A DNA stretch of 64,000 nucleotides, from assembly GCA_001275005.1 (NCBI GenBank), contig JWZX01003278.1, forward strand, positions 1 through 64,000, written 5' to 3'. Source of the DNA: Chrysochromulina tobinii. Lineage: Eukaryota. A program made the position numbers and the translations under genes. Positions 39,648 to 51,900 of this stretch are shown piece by piece; within the stretch, counting starts at the first letter, position 1, and every line of letters starts with the position of its first letter. The notes under the pieces were generated by a model that saw nothing but the letters and a program-made list of their open reading frames with translations, made no database searches and was not told where the DNA came from.

Positions 39648-40146
39648 GCATGTGACGCTTCCATGGCGCGACAGGAGAGCACTGTCGATGCTTCTTCGTG
39701 CGACAATAATGCGTTCTCGTCCGTATAGTAGTTAGCACGCGCTCTGTGCACCAGGGCTGAGGGCGTGGCGCGGGTGGCGGGTGTGAGCAGGTCCCGCGGC
39801 GCTGTCGGGAGTTTCTCGGCGGGGCGGTCGCCGTCGGGGCATCGGTGCGTAGACCGCAGATGCCCTCGCCGTACGTCGACGCCGTACGTCCTGGATGATG
39901 CGCTCCAGGAGCCGTACAACGTACAAAAACACGGTCGCGCTATATACTTCCTATATACTTCTTGAGCACCTTTACCTCAAACACAGCTCGCCGCATCTCT
40001 GTTCTCTGCGAATTCACCCTCGGTCTTCGTAACTGCAAACTGGCTCTCCGTCCCGTACCGCCGTACGGCCCGATGACGTTCGACGGGCCCGCCCGCCGCG
40101 GATGTTGTGCTTCGCATCGCACAAGCAGGCGCATCCGAGAGGCCAC

Positions 40147-42987
40147 CTAACTATCCTCTTCTGTCGCATCGTCTTCCGCTTCCTTGGCTTTGTCCGCGGT
40201 AGCTGCGGCGGCCGACGCCGCCTCGGCTGCTGCTGCCTGCTCCTGTGCTGCCTGTGCCTGTGCTGCCTGTGCCTGCGCCTGTGCCTGTGCTGCCTTTGCC
40301 TGGTCCTGTGCTGCGCGTAGGTCTTCGAGCTGTGCGTGCACCTTTGCCGGCAGGATGGCGGGTTCCTTGTTACGCGGTCCCGCGGCCAGTTTCTCTCTCG
40401 CGTTGGCTGCCCATCGCTCCGCCTCAGCCACTGTAGCGAGCATGGACTCTGAGTACTCGGCTGCAGAGGGCTTGGCACCATGCAGAGCGCGCAGCTTGGC
40501 GCACTCGGCGTCCAGCGCTTCAAGCTCCGCCGCCACGTTCAGGTGTGAGGCTGCTCGCTCCTCGAGAGGCGCGAGGCTCGCGCGCACGGCCTCGCGCTCG
40601 TGCTCGTAGCGCTGTGCGCTCTGCTGCTCGCCTTCGCCGTACAGCCAGCCTTCGCATGCTTCGAGCTGCGCTGCGAGTGCCTGCCGCTCGTCGTCGCTCG
40701 CAAACCCTGCAAGTCGCTCTTCGAGGGTGGCGCGTACCTGGTAGATCTGCCCTTCGAGATCGTTCTTGGCAGCATCAGCCTTCTCGGCCGCCTCGTCGGC
40801 ACGCTGCATCGACAGTTCGAGATCACGCGCACGCTTTAGCTCGTCCTCCCTTAGGCCCAGGCGGGACAGCTCGGCCACCTCGAGGGCACGCACCATGACG
40901 GGTGGCGGCGCCGCTGGCTCGGCCGTTCCCTTCGCGCCCGCCGCGACGGGGTGCTCATGTGCGGCCGCTGCCGCGGCAGAGCTCGTCTCATCGGGTGAGG
41001 CCCCACCTGACGCCGTGCCCTCAGCGCTGTCTGCGGATCCGGACGAGCCTTCGTTGCCAGGGCCGTCTGAAGCAGTCTCTTCAGGCGCGGCCGGTGCACA
41101 GAACACTCCGTCGACCTCGACGGTCGTATTCAGTCGCGTCGTCGTCGTCGTCACCTCGTATGCCCGAATCGACGGCAGCTGATTGTCGTCGATCAGCACA
41201 TCGACACGCAGGAGCGCTCGCGCGGCATCGCTGGCGTCGTCGCCAGCGCCCTTGCCGAGCTCCACGCGACACGCTAGTTGGCGAGGGCTGCTGTCGTACC
41301 GACAGCTGATTTGCATGCGCGAGCGCGTACGCAGCGTGATGCGCTTCAGCAGCGGCACTGTCCCCGCCTTGGGAAGCATATGGCAGCCAAGTGGTCGTCC
41401 CCCCCCCTCCTTCTCCCAGTGGATCGAGGTCGCATGCAGCAGGCCCTCGTGCAAACGGAGCGGCCGCATGCGCAGGGTGCGGCTGCGGAGGCCGGCGGCG
41501 AGCGCCGCGCCGCGAGCGACGCTCTCCTCGGCATTGAGAGAGCGACTCGGCTCGCGCCCAAACGCTCTCTGCACAGCAGCGATGAAGGCCGGCGTGCGTG
41601 AGTAGCCGCCGAGAAGCTCTACCGCATCGAGCGCTGCTGGCACGAGTCCCGCGCCGCGCACGGCATCGAGGCACGCGCACATAGCTCGGTCGATGAGTGG
41701 ACCCGACAGGGACTCGAGCTGCAAGCGCGTGAGGCTGCCATGCACGTCCGTCTCGCCCACGAGGCAGTCGAGCGCCACGGTGCTCTCGGCGTTTGCGCTC
41801 AACACGCGACGCACGCGCTCGCTCGCCTGGCGCAGCCGGCTGGCCGCCCGGGGCTCAGCCAGCGCATCCACCTGGAAGCGATCGCGGAAGTCGGCGGCGA
41901 GGTGCGCACACAGCAGCTCGTCCATCGCCTGCGTCGTGTTGGGCACACATGGCAGGGACCGAGGGCGCACGGCGACTTGATAAGGGGCGAGTTCACGACC
42001 AGTCGCAGGCGCGCGTGCATGGCCCGCGCGATGACGCTGCCGCTCGCCTCCGCAGTACATGGATCCACACCGGCCGGAGCCGTCGGAACAGATCTTGGTT
42101 TGTGTTTGCAATTCGCCATTGGCGGCCTCAGATTCAAGCGCATGGGAGATGTACGCGCGCGCGCGCGCGCCGCGCGGATGGAGCAGCGACATACCGCGCC
42201 TGCCGTGCCCGGAGCGAAGGCGTGGGCGAGCACCTCGGCCGAGTCACGACGCGCTCGCACCACGCACGCCTGCACGCCCGCATGGCCAGCGTCGATGAAG
42301 ACGACGTGGTGGTCGACGCTCTCAGGCAGGTCGCTTCGGCCGAAGACATAGTCGAGCGCGATCGCGGCACCCTGCGCAGGATCGACACATGGCGGTCGTT
42401 GAGAGAAGCGCAAGCCGGCATGCATGGCAGGAGGGGCAGATTGCATCAGCTTGGGAGGAGCAACGCACTTCGCTGATGAGCCGCGTGCTGCGGAGCCCGG
42501 CTATTCGCGCAGCGTCGAGAATCGCCTGCCTCCTTGCCGCGTCAAAGTGCAAGGGGACTGCAATCGTGCAGTCAGATGGCACAGAGCCGAGCTCACGCGA
42601 GGCAGTGACGCACAGCTGGTGCAAGAGCATTGCGAGCAGCTGCGTTGCTGAGAAGTGCTGCACAGTACCCTGCGAGGTCACCTCGAGAAGCTCCGCGTCG
42701 GCGTTGTTGAACGAAGCGTCCAAGCGTGCCTTGAGCTCAGCAGCACACCCTGCAGGCTTGTTCACTAGATACGACACAGCTCCTTCACCCACAAAGCGGC
42801 GGCGCTCATTAAAAGCAACAACTGAAGGCGTCTGTCGGCGAGAGGCCTCATTCACCAGCACATCAACACCTCCACGACGCGGAGACGCGATTACCGAATT
42901 TACGTTGCCGATGTCAATACCAAGCAAGCCAGAGCCTTTGGCACCTGTTGGAATGGTGACAAGCAGCAGGAGCCACCGCGCCGGCAT
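40147..42987 (-). CDS. Hsp110/Grp170-type Hsp70-superfamily chaperone (about 825 aa, 3 exons) with an N-terminal hydrophobic leader
   Basis: Exons 42987-42469, 42371-42195 and 41928-40147 (phase-0 GT-AG introns). GIDIGNVNS, NEASRRQTPSVVAF, RLISE|GAAIALDY, FIDAGHA, GGYSRTPA, SLNAEESVARG, AKNDLEGQIY, EGWLYGEGE. Confidence 0.85.
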
Positions 42988-43391
42988 CGTCGCAGTGCGG
43001 CTGGAACGCTGTGTTTTGTGTCGACGTGGCACACAGGCACAGCATATGCGACATATGCTGACTAACCACAAAAACGTTCCTCTAAATCGCCGACCCGCAA
43101 CCGGTCTCTATACGGAACGCGACGCAGTGTCAAAGGACCACGCTCACATGCACCGCGACCCACCCTAGTCCAAAAAGCTCGCCGTTCACAAACAACAAGA
43201 CGCCACGCCTCGGGGCTTGGTGGTCCTCTGGAGGCGGCCTAGTGTCGTTCATCTCAGCACACCGAACCTGGCCTATGGGCCGGAAGAACAGCCTGCCAAA
43301 GTGGATTGTATCACACACACGCGCCTCCCTCCTTCCCTGAAAGCACACGCCAATGCTGCATGGCGCGATCGGGTACACAGCGCGGCATCTG

Positions 43392-46300
43392 TCAGCTCAG
43401 CCGCGCCATCTTCGCCTCGCCTGTATCCACCTGCTCTTCGTCCAACGCCTCCGACGCCGATCGTTTGATTGCGGCCGTGCCATTCTGTGGAGTTTCCGCC
43501 CCGTGCACCGCGGGCTCCTCGAAAGCAGGCAGCTCCTCATCACCGTCGCCATCAAGGGCATCCGCCACCGCCTGCTCCTGAGTCGCGTTCCCTACGTTGC
43601 TCAGTAGCGTTAGCTCCTCATCCTTGCGCGCACGCTTGCCTAGAGCGCCACTGCCGGCACTAGACGTGGGGCTGCCCCGCGACGAGGCCGCGGCCGCGGC
43701 TGAGGGGGCAACGGGGATGTTGGGATCTAAGAAAGGCACTGCAACTATCGGTGCCACAGTGTGCGTTGCCTCGTCGGCGTCGCACCCACTAAAGAAGGTT
43801 GGATCCGCCCACCCCTCGTCGTCATCTCCGTCACCATTCATCTCTGCCACTAGGCGCGCCGCGTCCGCCGCCGCCCATGCGCCCACCTCATCCTCGTCGC
43901 TCCAACCGTCGGGAACGAGCGACTGCTGGGACAACGCCGCCATGCCCGCCGCAGAGGAGGACGCGCCCAAGCCCGAGGACGCCGCGCATGCTGCCATCGG
44001 CCCTTTTCCAGAGGATCGACTGCGGCCTCCGCTGCCTGTCTCGCCCGCTGATGACACAGCCGCGGCCACAGCCTCTTTGGCTCTTAGAGCAGCAGCGGCA
44101 GCCTCCTCCGCTTCCCTGGCCTCCTTCACGGCAAGCTCCTGCCGCACGTGCTCGCACGCGCTCTCGAGGTCGTTTCCGTACGCACCGATCGCCGCGGCCG
44201 CCTGCGCGACACTGGCACCCTTGATGAGTGCACGCACCTGCGCGACGAGCTGCCGGTCGATGGGCGAGCGCCACGTCTGCTCGAGCAGTCCGAGCTCCTT
44301 GATGCGGTCGCGCACGGCAGCGATACGGTCGAAGACGCCGCTGCGTGCACTCGAGCCGACCCCAGGGATTTGATGCTTCGCACACGCCGCGTCAAAATCG
44401 AGATGTGAGTCGCGCGCCATCTCGACGGCGACGGCGATCGTCTTAATCGCGCACGCGGGCCGGGAGGCGCCGCCATTGCCATTGGAGGTCTGCAGCAGCA
44501 GCTGGATGTCGTGCAGCAGCACGTCGTCGTCCGTCGAGGGCAGCTCTACCGGCGTGACGAGCTGTTCCAGCGGCCCGAAGCCGCGCATCCGGTCACGGAG
44601 GTCCTTGAGCTTGTCAAAGGTAGCCTTGCGCTGGTTGCCAAGCGAGATGCCATGACGCGCACATACGGCGGCGACGTCGAGCTGGTCCCAGCGTGCAGGC
44701 TGGTCGTCACGGCAAAGGTCGGCAGCAGCTGCGATCAGGTGCAGTCCTGTAAGCACGTGCGTCTTCTTGTGCAGTGCGATGCGTCGCTGCAACTCGCGCA
44801 AGAGCGCCTCTGGGAGTGGCGGCGGCGGCGGTTTGTCCTCGCGCGGCTCGAAGGGCTCGTCGGACGGCGAACCCTCGCCTCCATCCTCGGCATTGACCTC
44901 TTCCAGCTCCTCCGACGCAGGAGATAGGCCCAGTTGCTCCCGCACGTGGTCGCACGCGGCGTCGAGGTCGGTACCGCAAGCGACGATCGCCGCCGCCGCC
45001 TGGGCGACGGTGGCGCCCTTGTCTACGCCCGAGCGCTTGATGCGTGCGCGCACCTCGGCAACGGCCGTGGGGTCGACGGGCGCATCCAGCGGCTCCTCGA
45101 GCTGCCGGATGCGCACCCTCAGCGCCTCGATCGAGTCCTTGCGACTCTGTGAAAGCTCGAGGCGGCGGCGCACACACGCAGACACTAGGTCGAGTTGCCC
45201 GTCGCCTTCGACGAGGTCGAGGGCCACGGCGATGTTGTCCAGGTTAGGTGGCGTAGTCGAGCGCTGGATGCGCAGCTGCAGAGAGATGAGCTTTTCCTGA
45301 GAGTGGTGAGGCGCGTCGAGGCCGAGCGTCTCGGGCGCCACCTCAAGCAGAGCGAGCGTCTTGATCCTGTCGCGCAGCTCGCGCAGGTGACTGAAGAGCG
45401 CGAGGTTGGAGCGCTCTGCCTCGACCGGGATGCCATGCTTGATGCACAGCGCCGCGAGGTCGAGCTGCGAGATCTGACACATCTCAACGGCCGCAGCGAT
45501 ACTCGGCAGCGTCGGCGGCTCTTTCTTCTGCCCGTTGAAGCGTGAGACGAGAGGTCCCACGCGCTCCTGCAGTCGACTGAGCCATACGACGTCGTCGAGC
45601 GGCAGAGCGCGCTTTGGCGAGGGCTCAGGGCCCGCAGCAGAGGAGGAGGTGGCGGCGCCGTCTCTTTCGCCGCCGTCTTCATCGAGCGGGTCGGGCAGCC
45701 CCTGCTCGACAGCCTCCAGCAGGTTGAGCTCCTTGATGCGGTCGCGGATGGCCGCGACACGCTCATACACAGCTTTGCGCTGCGAGGCGATCGAGATGCC
45801 ATACGCAGCGCACGCGGCGACGAAGTCGAGCTCCTCGTTGCGGCAGAGGTCGACGGCGACGGCAATCGTCTTGAGCGCTGGGGCGGACGAGCGTACCTTG
45901 AGGCGTCGCTGCAACTCGCGCAGCAGCGCGTCGTCATTGAGGTCGCGCGCGGGCTCAGTGTCCAAGGCGGTCTCGGTCGCCGGTAGCCCCAGCTCCTCCC
46001 GCACGTGCTCGCACGCGCTCTCGAGGTCGTTTCCGTACGCACCGATCGCCGCGGCCGCCTGCGCGACGCTGGCGCCCTTGATGATTGCACGCACCTGCGC
46101 GACGAGCTGCCGGTCGATGGGCGAGCGCCACGTCTGCTCGAGCAGTCCGAGCTCCTTGATGCGGTCGCGCACGGCAGCGACGCGTTCCTGAATGTTCTGC
46201 TTCGAGCTGCGAGAAAGGGACGCAGAACCAGAGGCGGCGCATCGCGACCGTCGGCGAGGGCAGCAGGCGAGCGCGGTGCGCGCTGGCTCGGCAAGCTACT

Positions 46301-47258
46301 GGCGACAGTCATGGAGAAGCAGCCTTGAGGGCTCTCGGCACAGGGACTCATTAGGGATTCATGAGGGACTCATTAGGGAGAGGCAGCCTTGAGGGCTCGA
46401 GGCAAGGCGTACTGTCCGAGGGCGTCGCGAATGTCATGCCGGGCGCACGAGGCGGTGAAATTGAGCTTCGGCACGCGGTGCATCTCGACGGCAACAGCAA
46501 TCGTTTTCAATGCTGCGGGGACAGCGCCGCACTCGCGTCAGCAGGCGTGAGGAGGTGCAGAGGAGTGCGCGCGAGATAATGGCAGGGCATCTTGCACGTT
46601 CTGCGTGTGGCGCAGCTCGGCGCCTTCTGTCTGGCCGGCGCGGCCGCCGCGTCGTGGCGCAGGCGCGGTGCGTACCGCAGGCTGAGCGCGAGTGGCCACC
46701 GACGCCATTCGCCGTCTGCAGAAGCAGCTGGAGATCGTTGAGCAAGTTGGAATCATTTGGGTCTTCCATGCTCACCGCACCCTTCGGCAAATGCAGGAGC
46801 CCAAGCTGCTTGACAACAGCGGTGATCCGCTCGAATGCCGCCGGGGACGCGGTGATGCCATGCTTCGCACATAAAGCGTTCCGATCGCACTCACCATCGC
46901 CGTCCAGGAGCTCCTTGGCGGCAGCGACTGTATGGATGGTATGTGACCCTTTTAGCTCATTCTGAAGTGCCACCAGCTTGATGCGATCAGCCTCGTTCAT
47001 CTGCGCGGGCTCTGGTGGCTCAACGTCCTTTGAGGAGGACGCCTTGTACGGCCGAACGCTAGCTGCAGGGGCGGACGATGTCTCCTTCTCCTTGGGCTCC
47101 TTTTCCTTCTCCTTAGCCTTGCTCACCTTAACCTTCTCCGCTGCTGCTGCACGCGCTGGTGCCGGGAGTGCGCCCAGCCCGCGATCGCGGCACGTGTGCG
47201 CACGGTGGGCGCCTTGGCAGGCCCGGCACTCACCGTTCGCACTCGATGTGCGGCCCAT
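43392..47258 (-). CDS. Hypothetical repeat protein (about 1165 aa, 3 exons) with an N-terminal CxxCxGxHxxHxC motif
   Basis: Exons 47258-46676, 46512-46413 and 46206-43392 (phase 1 and phase 2 GT-AG introns). The spliced product restores a unit homologous to an intron-free copy within exon 3. About 7 copies of L..LQ....IA.A.E+....LD....C.+HGI.....+..+RDRI..L.LL. Confidence 0.75.
44142..44323. repeat. 182-bp near-identical direct repeat, copy 1 (copy 2 at 45999-46180)
   Basis: Manual alignment shows 3 mismatches; the offset is 1857 bp, which is in frame. Confidence 0.9.
46319..46398. repeat. Intronic minisatellite (AGGGACTCATT)x3 between 16-bp direct repeats GCAGCCTTGAGGGCTC
   Basis: Direct repeats at 46319-46334 and 46383-46398; 11-bp units from 46342 to 46379. 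Confidence 0.85.
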
Positions 47259-47478
47259 CGGGGCTGCGAATACACCTCCACACTGGAATGAAGCGAAAGA
47301 AGTCGTGCAGTGTCCCCGTCAAGATACGCGGCCGAGGACTTCTCTTCACAGTAGCCTCACAGCACGGCGCCACTCTCCAAAGGCAACCCTGAAACGTGCT
47401 AGTGCGGGCGCCTCGGGACTTTTGTGAATGACGAGCAAATGTGCCACGTGGTTGAACCTCGGATCTGGCTGACACACC

Positions 47479-48737
47479 ATGCAGCTTTTTGCACGAGTGG
47501 CCACCGGGCTTCCAGCGAGGCTCGCGCCGCGAGCACCTTTGCTGTCGCGGGTCGTCGCAGCGCGGCCCATGTCGTCGCTCTCGCGGATGGAGACACCCCT
47601 TAATCTCGGTGTTGTCGTCGTGCCGCAGCAGATGGCTTACGTTGTTGAGAGATTTGGACGTTTCCATACTGTGCTCGAACCAGGGCTGCGCCTCCTCGTG
47701 CCGTTCGTGTGCGTGCTTGCGTGCACTCTAACTCCTTCCTCTCGGCAAGGGTCACGCTAGAGCTGCTCGAGTCACCTCTCACTCTCTTGCGTGCTCCTTT
47801 TTGCAGGCACAAGGTGAGGTATGTATTCTCTCTCAAGGAGGAGGCCCTGATGGTGCCGACGCAAACCGCGGTCACACGCGATAACGTGAGCATCGGCATC
47901 GACGGCGTGCTGTACGTGCGCGTAGTCGATGCATACGCGGCCGCGTACGGCGTCGAAGACGCGCACTTTGCGATCACGCAGCTCGCACAGACGACGATGA
48001 GGTCGGAGATTGGCAAGCTCACGCTGGACGCAACGTTTCTGGAGCGCGATCAGCTCAATGCAAGCATCGTCGAGTCGATCAACGCAGCGGCGGTCGCGTG
48101 GGGCATCCAGTGCATGCGCTACGAGATCCGTGACATTGCGCCGCCTCCCGCTGTGCGCGCCGCCATGGAGATGCAGGCGGAGGCCGAGCGGCGAAGGCGC
48201 GCGCTCATCCTCGACTCCGAGGGCGAGCAGGAGGCGGAGATCAACCTGGCCAAGGGCAAGAAAGCCGCCGTTATCCTCGCATCTGAGGCGGCTATGCAGG
48301 AGCGTATCAATCTTGCGCTGGGCGATGCGCGCGCCATCGAGGCGCAAGCTGAGGCGACCGCGAACGCCGTCCGGCTCGTCGCCGCGGCAGTGACTGCCCA
48401 CGGCGGCCAACAAGCGTCCACGCTGCGCGTTGCCGAGCAGTATGTGAGCGCCTTCAAGCAGCTCGCCGCCTCGGGCAGCACGGTCGTCGTGCCGGCCAAC
48501 ATGGGCGACGTCTCAAGCATGGTCGCCACCGCAATGGCAATCTACCGAAATGGGCAACGGGTGGGTATGGCGCCGCAGAGCGGTCTTGGCGGCGGGTCCG
48601 GCGAGGATGGCGGTGGCGGCGACGACAGGGGCATCGCAGACACGTTGACGAGCCCGAGCAAGGACGACCGAGGCGGAGGCGAGGGCGAGGTCGGCGGTTT
48701 CGCTCAAGGCGGGTCTTCTGCGTCGTCGTACAAGTAG
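47479..48737 (+). CDS. STOML2: Stomatin-like protein 2 (SPFH/band 7), mitochondrial
   Basis: Exons 47479-47708 and 47807-48737 (98-nt GT-AG intron). Arg-rich presequence, VPQQMAYVVERFGRF, AVTRDNV.IGIDGVLY, QLAQTTMRSEIGKL, AMEMQAEAERRRRA, VAEQYVSAF. Confidence 0.92.
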
Positions 48738-48932
48738 TAGCAGTGAGGCGGTGACTCCGTGTCTGAGGCTGGGGCACCTGCTGAACGTGCCGGGCGCCCC
48801 CAAACTCGTTATAGTAAATCTCTCCGAAAAGTTTATTTTCGGAGACGTGTTTCGGAAAGAGTTGCGAGCGTCAAGAATTTTTGGGCACGAAAACCTTGCG
48901 ACAAGCCGCGGAGGGAAAACCCCTCTAGGGGA

Positions 48933-51900
48933 ATGTCGAAGCCTTCCCCAGCGAAGTCAAATAAACTGAAGCTCCCAATGTCAGACAGTGCAACTGGCGA
49001 TAGTGACCAAGCTCCGAGTCAAGCAAACTCGATGAGGTTTGGTTCGGAGGAGGGTACGTCCGTTCGGACGTCCAAAAGCAAAAGAGACAAAGGTGATTCG
49101 AGCCAGCGCAGCGACAAGAGCTCCAGTTCGCATCGCGGCGAAAAAAAGAAAAAGAAAAAGAGCGTAAAGTTAGCGAAGCAAAAGACTACGGACTCGGTCG
49201 CGGAGGAGTCGGAGCAGGACACGCCGTCAGGAGACGCGCCTGCGGATTCTTCACCTGACGAGCGATCGGGCATGCGCAAAGCCAGCTCCCTTGGCCATGC
49301 TTTCCTCCTCTTCGATGCGGATGGGGGTGGCACGATCTCGCTCAGCGAGTTTCTTGCGACTATCGGCCTGGGCGGCTTGCTCACCGAATCGCAGGCCGAA
49401 ATGCTCTTCGACGAGATGGACGTGGATCAGTCCGGCGTTATCGACAGGGCTGAGTTTGCTGCGCGCTGGCACGACATTCAAACCCAGTACGGTGTACGAC
49501 TGAGCAGCGAGCAGGCAGCGTTTTCGGAGGCGCAGCGTTTTGAGGCCGAAAGAGAAGCAGCTGAGTTCGCAGCGATGGCAGAGGCGACGAAAGCGGCGGC
49601 TGCCGCGGCGGCGGCGGCGGCAGCCGAGGCGGCGGCGGCCGAGACGGAATCGGCCGAGGCGGCGGCGGCCGAGGCGGCGGCGGCCGAGACGGAATCGGCC
49701 GAGGCGGCGGCGGCCGAGACGGAATCGGCAGAGGCGGCGAGCACGGCTTCCGCCTCTCCTGTCGCAAGCCCAGCCAGAATCCAGAAAAGCGCATCGACCG
49801 TCAGCGACTTTTTTGTGAGCAATGCAAATTCCCTCTCCTTCGAGGCGGCGGCGAAGGTGGCCCAGGTGGAGGTGGCACTGCAGAAGGAGCAGGATGCGTT
49901 TGAGGTCCTGAAGCGCGAGACGGCTGCCAAGGTGCTCACCATTTGGGGGCGCAAGGTGGCCGCAAAGTGGGCCAGGATTCATATCGAGGAGGATCGAATG
50001 CGTGCGACGATGGAGACGCTCGAGGAGACCGAGGCTACTCGGCTCCAAGGTGAGGCCGAGCTTGCGGCCATCAAAGACAAAGCGGCCTACAAAGACAAAA
50101 AGGTAGCCATCCGCACAGCTTCTCTTGCAGCTGAGGCCGAAGCCAAAGCGAAGGAGGTGGCACAGGTCAAGGAGGCGGCCATGTTCACGATCTCGCGTGT
50201 GATGCAGGATCGCCGTGCCCTCAAAGAGGCTCTCGCGCGTGAGAGCAAGGCGAAGCTTCTGCTTAAGAGACAGGCAGCTGCACGCCAAGCCGCTGAGGAC
50301 GAAGCGGCACGCGCGGTCGAAATGGCAAACGACGCCGTGCGTTTGGCCGCCGCCGCAGAGAGAGCCGCCAAACGTGTACGCGCGTTCAAGAAGCTGCCGC
50401 CCACATACTTTGAGCTACCGGCGCAGATGCGCGAGCTCGTCGAAAACGCCATCTTCCAGTCACATGCTGCTGAGCAAAACGTGCTCCGTGCCGTGGATCT
50501 GGCTGCTGCAGCTCTGTTCGTCGAGAAGCCCGCGGAGCTCACCAACATCTGGGAGAGCCATGGCACGATCGCCGAGCGCACGGCCGCGATCCAGGCTCGC
50601 GTCAAGGCGCTGCCAGCGGAATCGCAGAGTCTCATCGTTCAGCTGACCGATAAGGCGTTGCGTGGCGAGATGCCTGTACTCAAGCTACTGTCGAGCGCGC
50701 CAGAGGTGAACCTGCAGCTCACACTTGCGGGATTGGCACCATTCTTCGCCGCGCAAGCACTGTGCAAGGGCTGCCAGCTGCCGCCCGAGACAGCAAAGCC
50801 CTGGAGGTGGCGTGAGTGGTGGGCAGAGACCCTGAATGAAGGCGAGAAGGTAGGCGCAGACTTCGAGCGCGGCATGCTCCAGGCGTCTGCGAGCGCCACC
50901 TTAGCCGCACTCTCGATTCGGGCGGAGGTAGCCGGCCATCGGCCCACAGCGTTGCGCGCAGTAGGGATGCTATTGCGATCGGTCACGATGCTCGACCTGC
51001 GTGACAATCGCATCACAGATGAGGAGACAAAGCTCTTGGCAATAGCGCTTCCTAACGCGGCGAGCTTGACAAAGCTCAATCTGGCCGGGAACGTCATCAC
51101 GTCGATCGGTATGGCGCGGGTCGGCACCGCGCTCTCCACTGTCCAACCGATGATGGAGCTCATCATTTCACGAAATCGGCTCTGGGGCGATGGGACGACG
51201 CGCGTCGAGCATCTGACCGAAATGGCCCAAACTATTACACTCGGCGGTAAGCTGCAGATGCTGCAGCTGAGCGGTGCCTCCCTCAACGACATGGGCGGCG
51301 GTAAGTGGCTCACAGCCCTTACGCAACCCGCCCAGGCAGCGACCAGCCCAGCAGCGACCAGGCCAGTAGCGGCCAGGAATGGTCGCGCGAGTCCTGGGCT
51401 CTCCATATCGAGACCCGACCTCATGGGCATGCTGCAGCTCACTGTGCTTGATATGAGCCAGAACGGGCTGCGCGCGTCCTTTGCGAGCGCCCTGTCCGGC
51501 GCACTTTCTGCGTGCCCAAACCTCACGAATCTCAACCTTTCGAAGAACAACTTCGGCGCGGAGGCGGGGACGATGGTCCTCTCCGCCGCTGTGGAAAGTG
51601 CTTCGCTGCGTGTGCTCGACATGAGTGCAACCAACCTGTGCGACATCAGCCCGTCGTATCCACCACCCCCTGGTGGACGCAAGTATACCCCGGAAGCCAT
51701 CCGTACCCTATGCAGGCTGCTGCCGCAAGCCTCGCTGACTGAGCTGCACCTGCACCAAAATGAGTTGTGCGGACTGTTTACTGAGCGCATCTGGGGTGGA
51801 GCAGTGATTCGCGGCACGTACAAGTCGGACGCCATCAAAGCCCTCGCCGACGCCTTCGAAGGCAGCAGCGTACGGCTGCCCCTCAAAAAGGACGGTCTGC

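Noticed and set aside
42154..42169. (CG)n run with Z-DNA potential in an Hsp110 intron
   Set aside because: A simple microsatellite in a CpG-rich genome, with no evidence of function.
48759..48932. GTG-initiated N-terminal extension of the giant ORF (likewise the non-ATG starts at 1012, 29303, 37785 and 37814)
   Set aside because: Eukaryotic context; these extensions run through AT-richer promoter-like spacers, so downstream ATGs were preferred.
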